From the IMG/VR virus record IMGVR_UViG_2802429237_000001, positions 1 through 42,554 of that record: a DNA stretch of 42,554 nucleotides. One strand, given 5' to 3'. Positions within the stretch are counted from its first letter, which is position 1. Every line of letters starts with the position of its first letter. The stretch is from a virus (Duplodnaviria > Heunggongvirae > Uroviricota > Caudoviricetes). Below the pieces are notes generated by a model. That model worked only from the letters and a program-made list of their open reading frames with translations. It was not told the origin of the DNA and did not search any database. The position numbers and the translations under genes were made by a program. Shown piece by piece: positions 8,974-17,637 of this stretch.

Positions 8974-9080
8974 ACATAGAGTTTATTTGTTTTACCAATA
9001 TTATCAAAGATAGTCTGACTGTTGATCTTTAAAATTAGTGGGGCTAATATTTGCTCGAGGCATAACGTAGAAGGTTGGCT
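8974..9080. promoter_or_regulatory. Divergent promoter/operator region of the immunity switch
   Basis: 107-bp AT-rich gap between divergently oriented racR and ydaS-like genes; partial dyad tcaaagat...atctttaa. Confidence 0.5.
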
Positions 9081-9356
9081 ATGAACTTAAGAGACTATTT
9101 AAAAGAGAAACATATCACCCAGTTACAGTTTGGGAAGCTAACGGGTTTATCTCAGGTGCATGTAAGTCGAGTGCTGGGGGGCTATGAAAGATTCAGCCCT
9201 GAAAAAGCATTACGTGTTGCTGAAGTAACGAATTTCGAGGTTACACCTCATGAACTCCGGCCTGATATCTACCCGAATCCGACCGATGGTTTACCTGTTG
9301 GGTGTAAGGCTAACACACAAAATGCACAGGAGTTGATTCATGAAAATCAGGCATGA
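9081..9356 (+). CDS. ydaS: Cro/YdaS-like HTH protein
   Basis: 91 aa from ATG at 9081 (track start 9075 is TTG); SD aagg; HTH QLQFGKLTGLSQVHVSRVLGG; divergent from racR as in Rac. Confidence 0.7.
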   Translation: MNLRDYLKEKHITQLQFGKLTGLSQVHVSRVLGGYERFSPEKALRVAEVTNFEVTPHELRPDIYPNPTDGLPVGCKANTQNAQELIHENQA

Positions 9357-9762
9357 GCACATCGAATCAGTGTTGTTAGCCCTAGCCGCTGAAAAAGGGC
9401 AGGCGTGGGTCGCTAACGCAATTACTGAAGAATATCTGCGCCAGGGGGGCGGCGAATTGCCCCTGGTACCAGGCAAGGACTGGAATAATCAGCAGAACAT
9501 CTATCACCGTTGGTTAAAAGGTGAAACGGAAGCGCAAAGGGAAAAAATTCAGAAACTGATCCCTGCAATTCTGGCAATCCTTCCGCGCGAGCTGCGTCAC
9601 CGACTCTGCATCTTCGATACCTTGGAACGCCGTGCATTACTGGCGGCGCAGGAAGCGTTGAGTACGGCAATTGATGCGCATGATGATGCAGTCCAGGCCG
9701 TTTACCAGAAAGCGCATTTCAGCGGCGGCGGGTCTTCCGACGATTCTGTCATTGTTCATTAA
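9340..9762 (+). CDS. ydaT: YdaT-like protein (toxic partner in the RacR-controlled module)
   Basis: 140 aa, the same length as Rac YdaT; follows the ydaS-like gene with 17-nt overlap; SD caggag. Confidence 0.65.
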   Translation: MKIRHEHIESVLLALAAEKGQAWVANAITEEYLRQGGGELPLVPGKDWNNQQNIYHRWLKGETEAQREKIQKLIPAILAILPRELRHRLCIFDTLERRALLAAQEALSTAIDAHDDAVQAVYQKAHFSGGGSSDDSVIVH

Positions 9763-9774
9763 GCAAAAGTTTCC

Positions 9775-10632
9775 ATGCTGTTTGTGCTTATTCTAAGCCA
9801 CCGGGCAGCATCATACGGGGCAATTATGGCCGCATTACCATACATGCAACTGTACATAGCTGATTACCTGGCTGACACCATGCATTTGTCAGCAGAGGAG
9901 CACGGTGCGTATTTGTTGCTGATGTTCAATTACTGGCAAACAGGAAAGCCAATACCCAAAAACAGGCTGGCAAAAATTGCCCGTCTGACTAACGAGCGAT
10001 GGGCTGATGTTGAACCATCCTTGCGGGAGTTTTTTTGCGATAACGGCGAGGAATGGGTGCATCTTCGGATTGAGGAAGATCTGGCATCAGTCAGGGAAAA
10101 ATTAACCAAAAAATCAGCCGCAGGAAAAGCATCTGTTCAGGCCAGAAGAAGCAGAAAGAAAGCAGATGTTCAAACAAAACAAGAGAGAAATTTAACAGGT
10201 GTTCAAACAGATGTTGAAGTGGTGTTTGAACATGATGTCAACACAAAGGCAACTAATAAAGATACAGATAAAGATCTAAAAACAGATCCCCCCCTAAATC
10301 CCCCCCGGGGGAATCGAGGTGTCAAAAAGTTTGACCCTCTGGATATTGCTTTGCCGAACTGGATTTCTGTCTCGCTTTGGCGTGAGTGGGTTGAATTTCG
10401 CCAGGCATTGCGTAAACCGATTCGAACGGAGCAGGGCGCTAACGGGGCGATACGGGAGCTGGAAAAATTCCGCCAGCAGGGTTTTTCACCTGAGCAGGTG
10501 ATTCGACACAGCATCGCCAATGAATACCAGGGCTTGTTCGCGCCGAAAGGTGTTCGGCCTGAGACGTTGCTCCGACAGGTTAACACCGTCTCGTTGCCGG
10601 ACAGTGCGATCCCGCCAGGCTTCAGGGGGTAA
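9775..10632 (+). CDS. ydaU: YdaU-like replication protein (DUF1376-like)
   Basis: 285 aa, matching Rac YdaU length; N-terminal segment YMQLYIADYLADTMHLSAEEHGAYLLL; alternative start at ATG 9826 has a better SD. Confidence 0.7.
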   Translation: MLFVLILSHRAASYGAIMAALPYMQLYIADYLADTMHLSAEEHGAYLLLMFNYWQTGKPIPKNRLAKIARLTNERWADVEPSLREFFCDNGEEWVHLRIEEDLASVREKLTKKSAAGKASVQARRSRKKADVQTKQERNLTGVQTDVEVVFEHDVNTKATNKDTDKDLKTDPPLNPPRGNRGVKKFDPLDIALPNWISVSLWREWVEFRQALRKPIRTEQGANGAIRELEKFRQQGFSPEQVIRHSIANEYQGLFAPKGVRPETLLRQVNTVSLPDSAIPPGFRG

Positions 10633-10638
10633 GAGACC

Positions 10639-11385
10639 ATGAAAAATATTGCGACAGGCGGCGTTCTGGAGCGTATCCGCAGACTGACCCCACCACATGT
10701 AACTGCCCCATTCAGAACGGTTACGGAGTGGCGTGAGTGGCAACTTGCTGAAGGCCAGAAACGTTGCGAGGAGATCAACCGCCTGAATCGTCAGTTGCGG
10801 GTGGAAAAAATTCTGAATCGCTCTGGCATCCAGCCGTTGCACCGTAAATGCTCGTTTGCGAATTACCAGGTGCAGAACGACGGCCAGCGATACGCGTTAA
10901 GCCAGGCGAAATCCATCGCCGATGAACTGATGACCGGGTGTACAAATTTTGCGTTCAGCGGAAAACCTGGTACCGGGAAGAATCACTTAGCGGCAGCTAT
11001 CGGGAATCGCCTGCTGAAAGACGGTCAGACAGTGATTGTGGTTACCGTGGCTGATGTTATGAGCGCCCTGCACGCCAGCTATGACGACGGGCAGTCAGGC
11101 GAAAAATTTTTGCGGGAGCTGTGCGAAGTGGATCTGCTGGTTCTTGATGAAATTGGCATTCAGCGCGAGACGAAAAACGAGCAGGTGGTGCTGCACCAGA
11201 TTGTTGATCGCCGGACAGCGTCGATGCGCAGCGTGGGGATGCTGACAAACCTGAACTATGAGGCCATGAAAACATTGCTCGGCGAGCGGATTATGGATCG
11301 CATGACCATGAACGGCGGACGCTGGGTGAATTTTAACTGGGAGAGCTGGCGTCCGAATGTTGTCCAGCCAGGAATTGCGAAGTAA
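10639..11385 (+). CDS. ydaV: DnaC/IstB-like AAA+ helicase loader
   Basis: 248 aa; Walker [11 protein letters not shown] and Walker B LLVLDEIG; follows the replication initiator gene; matches Rac YdaV length. Confidence 0.85.
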   Translation: MKNIATGGVLERIRRLTPPHVTAPFRTVTEWREWQLAEGQKRCEEINRLNRQLRVEKILNRSGIQPLHRKCSFANYQVQNDGQRYALSQAKSIADELMTGCTNFAFSGKPGTGKNHLAAAIGNRLLKDGQTVIVVTVADVMSALHASYDDGQSGEKFLRELCEVDLLVLDEIGIQRETKNEQVVLHQIVDRRTASMRSVGMLTNLNYEAMKTLLGERIMDRMTMNGGRWVNFNWESWRPNVVQPGIAK

Positions 11386-11407
11386 TTTTTACCGGGAGGA
11401 AATTTTA

Positions 11408-12169
11408 ATGGAGACCGTTTTTGACGCACTGAAAGCAATGGGAAAAGCCACATCCATAGAACTTGCTGCGCGACTTGATATCAGTCGTGAAGAAGTGCTG
11501 AACGAACTATGGGAACTGAAAAAAGCTGGCTTCGTTGATAAAACCGCGTACACCTGGCGCGTGGCTGATAACAACGTTCGGCAGGAACAGCCAGCACTGG
11601 CAGAACAGCCGGAAGAAACCACCACAGCAACAGTAGCGAAAATCTCAGAGTGCGATTTAACCGCGACGATTGAACAACGCGGACCACAAACGGCTGATGA
11701 GCTGGCTACATTGTTTGGTACCACATCACGCAAAGTGGCTTCAACGCTGGCAATGGCAATCAGCAAAGGTCGTCTGATTCGCGTAAATCAGGGCGGTAAA
11801 TTTCGTTACTGCATACCGGGCGATAATTTACCAGCAGAGTCGAAAGCAGCATCGGTAGCGGAAACTGATGGTAAGGCCTTTCCTCAGCCCGCAGGTGTTG
11901 CGTTACCAGTACAGGAGGCTGCAACACAGGAAGAAATTAAAACAGAAACTGTGGCGGATATTGTGCAGTCGCTGCCATCGTTTACTGCAACGCGATCTGA
12001 TGATTTGATTTTGCCATCGCTGCATTTGGCAAACCGCGAACTGCGTCGGGCGAAAAATCATGTCCAGAAGTGGGAGCGTGTCTGCGCCGCGCTGCGTGAG
12101 TTGAACAAGCACAGGGATATTGTACGACAGATTACTGATTCTTCCCGCCATGTTGCATCGGAAAAGTGA
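11408..12169 (+). CDS. Hypothetical protein, N-terminal winged-helix-like region
   Basis: 253 aa from ATG at 11408 with SD gggagg; the track ORF starts earlier at 11357 but overlaps ydaV. Confidence 0.55.
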   Translation: METVFDALKAMGKATSIELAARLDISREEVLNELWELKKAGFVDKTAYTWRVADNNVRQEQPALAEQPEETTTATVAKISECDLTATIEQRGPQTADELATLFGTTSRKVASTLAMAISKGRLIRVNQGGKFRYCIPGDNLPAESKAASVAETDGKAFPQPAGVALPVQEAATQEEIKTETVADIVQSLPSFTATRSDDLILPSLHLANRELRRAKNHVQKWERVCAALRELNKHRDIVRQITDSSRHVASEK

Positions 12170-12184
12170 TTGCCGGAGGCGCTT

Positions 12185-12646
12185 ATGGCAAAAGTATTTA
12201 CACAAGAAGAGCGGGAAAAAATTAAGGGGAAGGTTGTTGAGCTCGTGCGCCAGAGTGGGCGCGAGACGTTACGACAACTGGAAGCTAAGACAGGTGCGAC
12301 AAGATATCTGATGAGTGTTCTTGCCAGAGAGCTGGTTGCCAGTGGCGATTTATACAACTCCGGCTACGGGTTATTTCCGTCTGAACAGGCACGTAAGGAC
12401 TGGATAAAGGCCCGCAAAAAGATGTCGAAAGCAGCAGTGAAAAAAAAGAGCGACCCGGACCTGGTTTATTCATTACCAGACGGAGAAATACGCCGCTATG
12501 ACAGGCGTCTGAACATAATCTGTCGCGAGTGTCGGAGGAGCGAAGCTATGCAGCGCGTACTGGCGTTTTACCAGAATGGTTTTCGAGAGATATTCGGTGA
12601 ACAGGTTATGCATGAGGGAAATCATGGCACTCAGGTCAGTGTGTAG
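12185..12646 (+). CDS. Hypothetical basic protein
   Basis: 153 aa from ATG at 12185 with SD ggagg (track start 12170 is TTG); conserved-looking C-terminus with CRECRR motif. Confidence 0.5.
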   Translation: MAKVFTQEEREKIKGKVVELVRQSGRETLRQLEAKTGATRYLMSVLARELVASGDLYNSGYGLFPSEQARKDWIKARKKMSKAAVKKKSDPDLVYSLPDGEIRRYDRRLNIICRECRRSEAMQRVLAFYQNGFREIFGEQVMHEGNHGTQVSV

Positions 12647-12882
12647 GCACGTTGACGGTAGAAAGCATATGGGGGATCGATCGTTCTAGTTATGCTGTAA
12701 GAGCGAAAGCGCAGGCGCTGGGTATCAACAGGATGTTACGGGGTGACTTTCACTTGAGCTAGTGGGATCAATTTTACTGTTGGGGTGGGGGGACGTTAAG
12801 TTGCTGACAATTTCGAAATGTTTTTGATAAAGGCAGCGATTTTCTTTGATGGAGGGGCTACAAAAAATTTTTCATGTGAAAT

Positions 12883-14049
12883 ATGATATCTGCGATGTTA
12901 TCAAATGTGAAAATATTTATGAATCTGCAAAAAAGAAGAAAAGTTCAAAAACTAAACTATCGCGGGCAAGTTTCGAAACTGAAGAGGGGGATATTTAATT
13001 CTCTGAAAAGCACGGATTGGGAAGGAGTAGAAAATGCGAAGAGAAAACTGGAATATTACAAACGCACTCGTAAGCTACGAGTCTCGAAGAAAAAGTTGAC
13101 AACAAGTAATAAAAGGGTGGTTTTTTCTGCTCCGATATCTATTAATTATTACAACGATCGTGATTTTGAAATCATGAATAAATTTTTAAATAATTTACGC
13201 GATTGCGTGTTGAAGAATAATCGTGTTTATATAGATTTTTCTTCAACTAAATATATAAGTGCAGCTGCTATGTTATCTTTTCTCGCTGAAGTTGATGTGC
13301 TTATTAAGAAAAGTGAATTTGGAGTAAATGCCATAGGGTTTTCACATCCGAAAGACAAGAAAATTGAAAGCATTTTGAATCAAGTCGGTTTCTATGATCT
13401 ATTAAGGAAACCTAAAAGAGAAACTGAAAGTTATGATGATGTGACTTTTTGGAAATATACATCAGGTTCTTGTTCTGAGCCTCTTTTAGCAAAAGAAATG
13501 ATGGTGGAAATAAAAAAAGAGTTAGAAAGAAAATCATCAAAAAAATTATACCGTGGCTTTACTGAGGCCATGTCTAATTCTGTCGAGCATGCTTATGTTG
13601 ATGATTTAATGCATACGGAAGATGACGAAACAGCTAAGTGGTGGACCTTTGCTGGCATACATGACAAAAATCTTACAGTGGTAATATGTGATAAAGGAGT
13701 GGGAATACCTTCAACATTGCCTAAAACACAAGGTGTAAGTGTGCTAATGAACATCTTCAAAAAACTTAGAGTTCCATTAGCAAATGTAAAGGATTCTACT
13801 TATATAAAGGCTTCCACGTTACTTCAGGAAACGAGGACTGGGGAGCTGAACCGAGGTAAAGGCTTGAATGATATCAAATCGGTAATCGATTCAATAGGTG
13901 ATGGTTTTATGGGGATTTTTTCATCAAAAGGGCGCTATATTTACAAAGGGAAAACTGGCATTATTAACGAAGTGCTTAGAGATTACAAAAGCTCTGTTAA
14001 TGGTACTATAATTGAATGGACAATTCCTTGTGAGGTGGAAACTGAGTAG
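12883..14049 (+). CDS. GHKL-family ATPase/serine-kinase-like protein (RsbW-like C-terminal domain) with Lys/Arg-rich N-terminus
   Basis: 388 aa; Bergerat-fold motifs: N-box EAMSNSVEHAY, G1 box ICDKGVGIP, G2 box NRGKGLNDIKS; N-terminal 75 residues highly basic; AT-rich coding sequence. Confidence 0.7.
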   Translation: MISAMLSNVKIFMNLQKRRKVQKLNYRGQVSKLKRGIFNSLKSTDWEGVENAKRKLEYYKRTRKLRVSKKKLTTSNKRVVFSAPISINYYNDRDFEIMNKFLNNLRDCVLKNNRVYIDFSSTKYISAAAMLSFLAEVDVLIKKSEFGVNAIGFSHPKDKKIESILNQVGFYDLLRKPKRETESYDDVTFWKYTSGSCSEPLLAKEMMVEIKKELERKSSKKLYRGFTEAMSNSVEHAYVDDLMHTEDDETAKWWTFAGIHDKNLTVVICDKGVGIPSTLPKTQGVSVLMNIFKKLRVPLANVKDSTYIKASTLLQETRTGELNRGKGLNDIKSVIDSIGDGFMGIFSSKGRYIYKGKTGIINEVLRDYKSSVNGTIIEWTIPCEVETE

Positions 14050-14050
14050 T

Positions 14051-14365
14051 ATGAAAATTATAAAAGTAGCCAGTCGTTATCCTTGCCCAGGACCTCGTTT
14101 TAAAAGATTGGGGCCCGCTTCTGGTGAGGAGTTTCGTGAGTGGGTAGAAAGAGAGCTTAAACATTCACCAGATCTAACAATAGACCTTGATGGAACGGAG
14201 GGGTATGGTTCTTCTTTCTTGGAGGAGTGCTTTGGCGGATTGATTAGGCGTGGCGTGAGTCCTGATAAGGTTAAAGGGATTAAATTTATCTCAGAAGAAG
14301 AACCTGAGTTAATTGACGAGATAAATGAATATATCGAGGACGCTATAAAGGTATCTCATGGCTAA
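14051..14365 (+). CDS. STAS-like domain protein (DUF4325-type)
   Basis: 104 aa; starts 2 nt after the upstream stop with SD gaggtgg; core LTIDLDGTEGYGSSFLEECFGGLIRRG resembles DUF4325/STAS-like proteins as I recall them. Confidence 0.65.
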   Translation: MKIIKVASRYPCPGPRFKRLGPASGEEFREWVERELKHSPDLTIDLDGTEGYGSSFLEECFGGLIRRGVSPDKVKGIKFISEEEPELIDEINEYIEDAIKVSHG

Positions 14366-14876
14366 TTCAAGTATCCAGGTCTGTACTTGGAGTGCAGACT
14401 TTTGGTGTAAGTTTTTTTCTTTGTTTAAAGATGAAAATCAGTATGTAACTTGGTTTTTAGTTTTAGTTGGATGGGGGATTACGGCATATATTGCTTATCT
14501 CCAAACCACAAAAAGTAGAGGAGATGCTATTAAAGATGCTCATAATGAATGGATCGGTGAGTTTAGACAAAAACTGGAGTTGCTTGAGGATTTTGCCTTA
14601 GAGTTCTGGGCTGAAGATAATAATAAAGAACCTACACTGGCGTTAGCAAAAATGAGTAGGGAGGTTAAGAGTTTAACTACTATCGCTAAAGAAATTGAAA
14701 GGGCCGGTGGTGAAAAATATAAGGCAAAATTGTTTAAGGAATTACGCCAAGCCATGACATATGATAGTGATGTTCACAACCGACCTCTAAGACCTGATTG
14801 TATGCAAATTGTTAGGATTAGAGAAACATGTGCAAGTTTGAGAAGTGCGTACGGGCGCAAAAGCTTGACTGAATAA
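14358..14876 (+). CDS. Single-pass membrane protein with coiled-coil-like C-terminal domain
   Basis: 172 aa; start overlaps the upstream stop (ATGGCTAA); one hydrophobic helix YVTWFLVLVGWGITAYIAYL (about residues 30-50); SD aaagg. Confidence 0.6.
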   Translation: MANSSIQVCTWSADFWCKFFSLFKDENQYVTWFLVLVGWGITAYIAYLQTTKSRGDAIKDAHNEWIGEFRQKLELLEDFALEFWAEDNNKEPTLALAKMSREVKSLTTIAKEIERAGGEKYKAKLFKELRQAMTYDSDVHNRPLRPDCMQIVRIRETCASLRSAYGRKSLTE

Positions 14877-15273
14877 CCTCATATTGCTGAGTAGCTGGTA
14901 CTGCATATTATTATGAAAACACATCGTGGTTTTTATATAAAAGCTGCTTATTATTAAGAGATCTGTTTTATGTTTTTGGCTAGTAAAATGTGATTCTTAA
15001 CTTAAATGTTCCCTTACACTAGATTTATAATATCATCGTGTGATTTATAAACTATGCATTAGTAATAATTAATTTTTCGGAAAAATAGTTAAGTAAAATT
15101 GCTGCGTGTGCTTGAGGCTATCTGCCTCGGGCATGAACACCAACGGCAGATAGAGAAAAGCCCAGTTAACATTACGCGTCCCGCAAGACGTTTAATATTA
15201 ATCTTAGGCCAATTTCATGCTAGACACATGGATGTTAGCCTCTTACGTGCCGAAAGGCAAGGAGAAGCAGGCT

Positions 15274-15429
15274 ATGAAGCAGCAAAAGGCGATGTTAGTC
15301 GCCCTGATCGTCATCTGTTTAACCGTCATTGTGACGGCACTGGTAACGAGGAAAGACCTCTGCGAGGTACGAATCCGAACCGGCCAGACGGAGGTCGCTG
15401 TCTTCACAGCTTACGAACCTGAGGAGTAA
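15274..15429 (+). CDS. hok: Hok/Gef-family type I toxin
   Basis: 51 aa MKQQKAMLVALIVICLTVIVTALVTRKDLCEVRIRTGQTEVAVFTAYEPEE; matches the Hok/HokD (RelF) pattern; in-frame upstream extension from 15217 may correspond to a mok-like leader. Confidence 0.8.
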   Translation: MKQQKAMLVALIVICLTVIVTALVTRKDLCEVRIRTGQTEVAVFTAYEPEE

Positions 15430-15497
15430 GAGACCAGGCGGGGGAGAAATCCCTCGCCACCTCTGATGAGTCAGGCATCCTCAATGCACCCACACTT

Positions 15498-15528
15498 AAC
15501 CCGCTTCGGCGGGTTTTTGTTTTTATTT
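15498..15528 (+). terminator. Intrinsic terminator of the hok transcript
   Basis: aacccgc-ttcg-gcgggtt followed by tttgtttttatttt. Confidence 0.6.
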
Positions 15529-15649
15529 TCAACGCGTTTGAAGTTTTGGATGGTGCCGGAATAGAATCAAAAATACTTAAGTAGCGCGCAGGGAGAAGAG
15601 GGATGGACCCCGAACAGGGGAGTGCTATTTATCTGGAAGGATTCTGTTG

Positions 15650-15823
15650 ATGAAAATCGAAGAATTACGTGAAATTTTTAGTGAAGATGGCCTCTATGCT
15701 GTGCGCGTTGAGAATGGAGAAGTTATCTACACAACGTTAATTCCTGATGATCATGTGATTTTATCTATCGAGGCATTCATTGAATACTTGGAAAGGCTCG
15801 GTTTCAAGGTGGTTCGGGAATGA
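15650..15823 (+). CDS. Hypothetical small acidic protein (57 aa)
   Basis: Hand-translated: MKIEELREIFSEDGLYAVRVENGEVIYTTLIPDDHVILSIEAFIEYLERLGFKVVRE; SD ggaagga 7 nt upstream; absent from the track because below 60 aa. Confidence 0.35.
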   Translation: MKIEELREIFSEDGLYAVRVENGEVIYTTLIPDDHVILSIEAFIEYLERLGFKVVRE

Positions 15824-15882
15824 GTTATAATTCGTAAGCCAGCCTGAACAACTGGCAACCTACAGCGCCATTGGAGATAGCA

Positions 15883-16482
15883 ATGGCGCATATACAACTG
15901 GTTAAACAAACTTCTTCTGGTTTACTTCTCCCGGCGACGCCAGAGAGTTGCGATTTTCTGCATCAAATCAAAATAGGCGAGTGGATACACGCTGATTTTA
16001 AGCGCGTTCGTAACTACGCATTCCATAAGCGTTTTTTCAAACTTCTGCAACTCGGATTCGATTACTGGACTCCGGTCGGAGGGGCGATCACGCCTCGCGA
16101 ACGAAAACTGGTTTCAGGATTCGTTGATTACCTGTGTGAATCAGTAAGCCGGGAACATACGCCAGCTCTGAGCGAAGCCGCAGAGCAATATCTGAATACA
16201 GTTGCGGCACGCAGAACCCAGGATACGGCATTGCTAAAGTCGTTTGAGGCTTTCCGCGAGTGGGTAACCATTCAGGCCGGATTTTACACCGATCATGTTT
16301 ATCCGGACGGTAGCCGTGGGCGCAGGGCGAAATCCATCGCGTTTGCGAATATGGACGAAACCGAGTTTCAGCAGGTTTATAAATCTGTACTGAATGTGCT
16401 GTGGAACTGGATCCTGTTCCGTAAATTTTCCTCTCCGGAGGAAGTCGAAAATGTGGCCGCGCAGTTACTGGAGTTTGCGTAA
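15883..16482 (+). CDS. nin-region hypothetical protein (Qin ydfU-like position)
   Basis: 199 aa from ATG at 15883 with SD ggag (track start 15871 is TTG); stop overlaps the next gene start (TAATG). Confidence 0.6.
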   Translation: MAHIQLVKQTSSGLLLPATPESCDFLHQIKIGEWIHADFKRVRNYAFHKRFFKLLQLGFDYWTPVGGAITPRERKLVSGFVDYLCESVSREHTPALSEAAEQYLNTVAARRTQDTALLKSFEAFREWVTIQAGFYTDHVYPDGSRGRRAKSIAFANMDETEFQQVYKSVLNVLWNWILFRKFSSPEEVENVAAQLLEFA

Positions 16483-16772
16483 TGGTGGATTTACGTAAAG
16501 CGGCGCGGGGGCAGATGTGCACCGTCAGAATTCCTGGCTACTGCAATCACAATCCCGAAACTTCTGTGCTGGCGCATTACAGGCTGGCGGGGACGTGCGG
16601 AACAGCGACAAAACCACACGATATGCAGGCAGCGATTGCCTGTAGCTCATGCCACGATTTAATCGACGGGCGGGTAAAAACCAGCGATTACACCAAAGAA
16701 GAATTACGCCTGATGCATGCAGAAGGTGTTTTTCGCACACAAGAAATCTGGAGAAAGGAAGGTTATTTATGA
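16482..16772 (+). CDS. ybcO: YbcO-like putative nuclease (DUF1364-like, Cys-rich)
   Basis: 96 aa with cysteine pattern CTVRIPGYC...CGTATKP...ACSSCHDLIDGR resembling DLP12 YbcO as I recall it; same length. Confidence 0.7.
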   Translation: MVDLRKAARGQMCTVRIPGYCNHNPETSVLAHYRLAGTCGTATKPHDMQAAIACSSCHDLIDGRVKTSDYTKEELRLMHAEGVFRTQEIWRKEGYL

Positions 16773-17311
16773 TTTACCCAACAAATACAGGCAAAAGCGG
16801 GGAACACCTTCGTCTCACCACGCTGGAAAGTGTCTGGATTCAGGGAAAACTGCGCATGTGGGGGCGCTGGTCGTATATTGGCGGCGGTAAGACGGGAAAT
16901 ATGTTTAACCAGTTGCTGACCTCTAAAAAGCTGACAAAAACGGCAATTAACGAGGCGCTCCGGAGGATGAAAAAAGCAGGTCTGGACAAACCTGAACTTG
17001 AGGCTTTTTTGCGGGAGATGATCAACGGCAAGCAAAAAAGCTGGTTGGCGCATTGTACTGATGCAGAGGCGTTATGTATTGATAGAGTCATAAGTGAGGT
17101 GCTAGCAGAGCATCCTGGATTGATTAGTGTCCTCCGGCAACGGTATGAAGGACGGGGGATGACTAAGCGCAAAATGGCTGAATTGCTAAATGATGCACAT
17201 CCTGAGTGGTGTTTTAGCACATGCGAAAAGCGAATTGCTAATTGGTTGGCTGTTGCTGAGTATGCCCTATATATTCCCATGCGAGAATCATTTGCTCAAA
17301 AAATAGCTTGA
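16769..17311 (+). CDS. Putative late-gene antiterminator Q-like protein
   Basis: 180 aa from ATG at 16769 (ATGA overlap with ybcO stop); last gene of the early-right operon before a terminator and the lysis region. Family not confirmed. Confidence 0.45.
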   Translation: MIYPTNTGKSGEHLRLTTLESVWIQGKLRMWGRWSYIGGGKTGNMFNQLLTSKKLTKTAINEALRRMKKAGLDKPELEAFLREMINGKQKSWLAHCTDAEALCIDRVISEVLAEHPGLISVLRQRYEGRGMTKRKMAELLNDAHPEWCFSTCEKRIANWLAVAEYALYIPMRESFAQKIA

Positions 17312-17394
17312 TTTTTTACGCATAAACTGCTTCAATTCCGGTATGCTTCGCAAAGCTGTATCGCGAGGCGAACCAAGCGCATGAACTTTACCAG

Positions 17395-17423
17395 AACCCG
17401 CCATTGAGCGGGTTTTGTTGTTT
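17395..17423 (+). terminator. Intrinsic terminator downstream of the Q-like gene
   Basis: cccgcc-attga-gcggg followed by ttttgttgttt. Confidence 0.6.
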
Positions 17424-17436
17424 GAGGAGGGGGGGA

Positions 17437-17637
17437 ATGAATCAGACTGGTCAACCCAGCTATGCGCTTTTCGCTGGGAATGATAGCAACAACCTCAAAA
17501 CGTTTGTTCTTGAGGTTGATTGCTACCGCACTGAAGACGCGCTACTAGCAATGGAGAAAGCTATAAGCGAATTAAAAATCTGTCAGCGTCAGTTCGGCTA
17601 TGGAAATGATTCTGGTGTCAGAGCCATTATTCGATAA
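17437..17637 (+). CDS. Hypothetical small protein (66 aa)
   Basis: ATG at 17437 preceded by strong SD gaggaggggggg; 3' end overlaps the convergent minus-strand gene by 11 nt. Confidence 0.45.
   Translation: MNQTGQPSYALFAGNDSNNLKTFVLEVDCYRTEDALLAMEKAISELKICQRQFGYGNDSGVRAIIR

Noticed and set aside
10203-10842. Minus-strand ORFs of 191 and 118 aa antisense to ydaU/ydaV
   Set aside because: Embedded in well-supported replication genes; Arg/Ser-rich shadow-frame composition.
15099-15422. 107-aa plus-strand ORF overlapping hok
   Set aside because: Different frame across the hok leader, with no RBS; hok and its in-frame leader explain the region.
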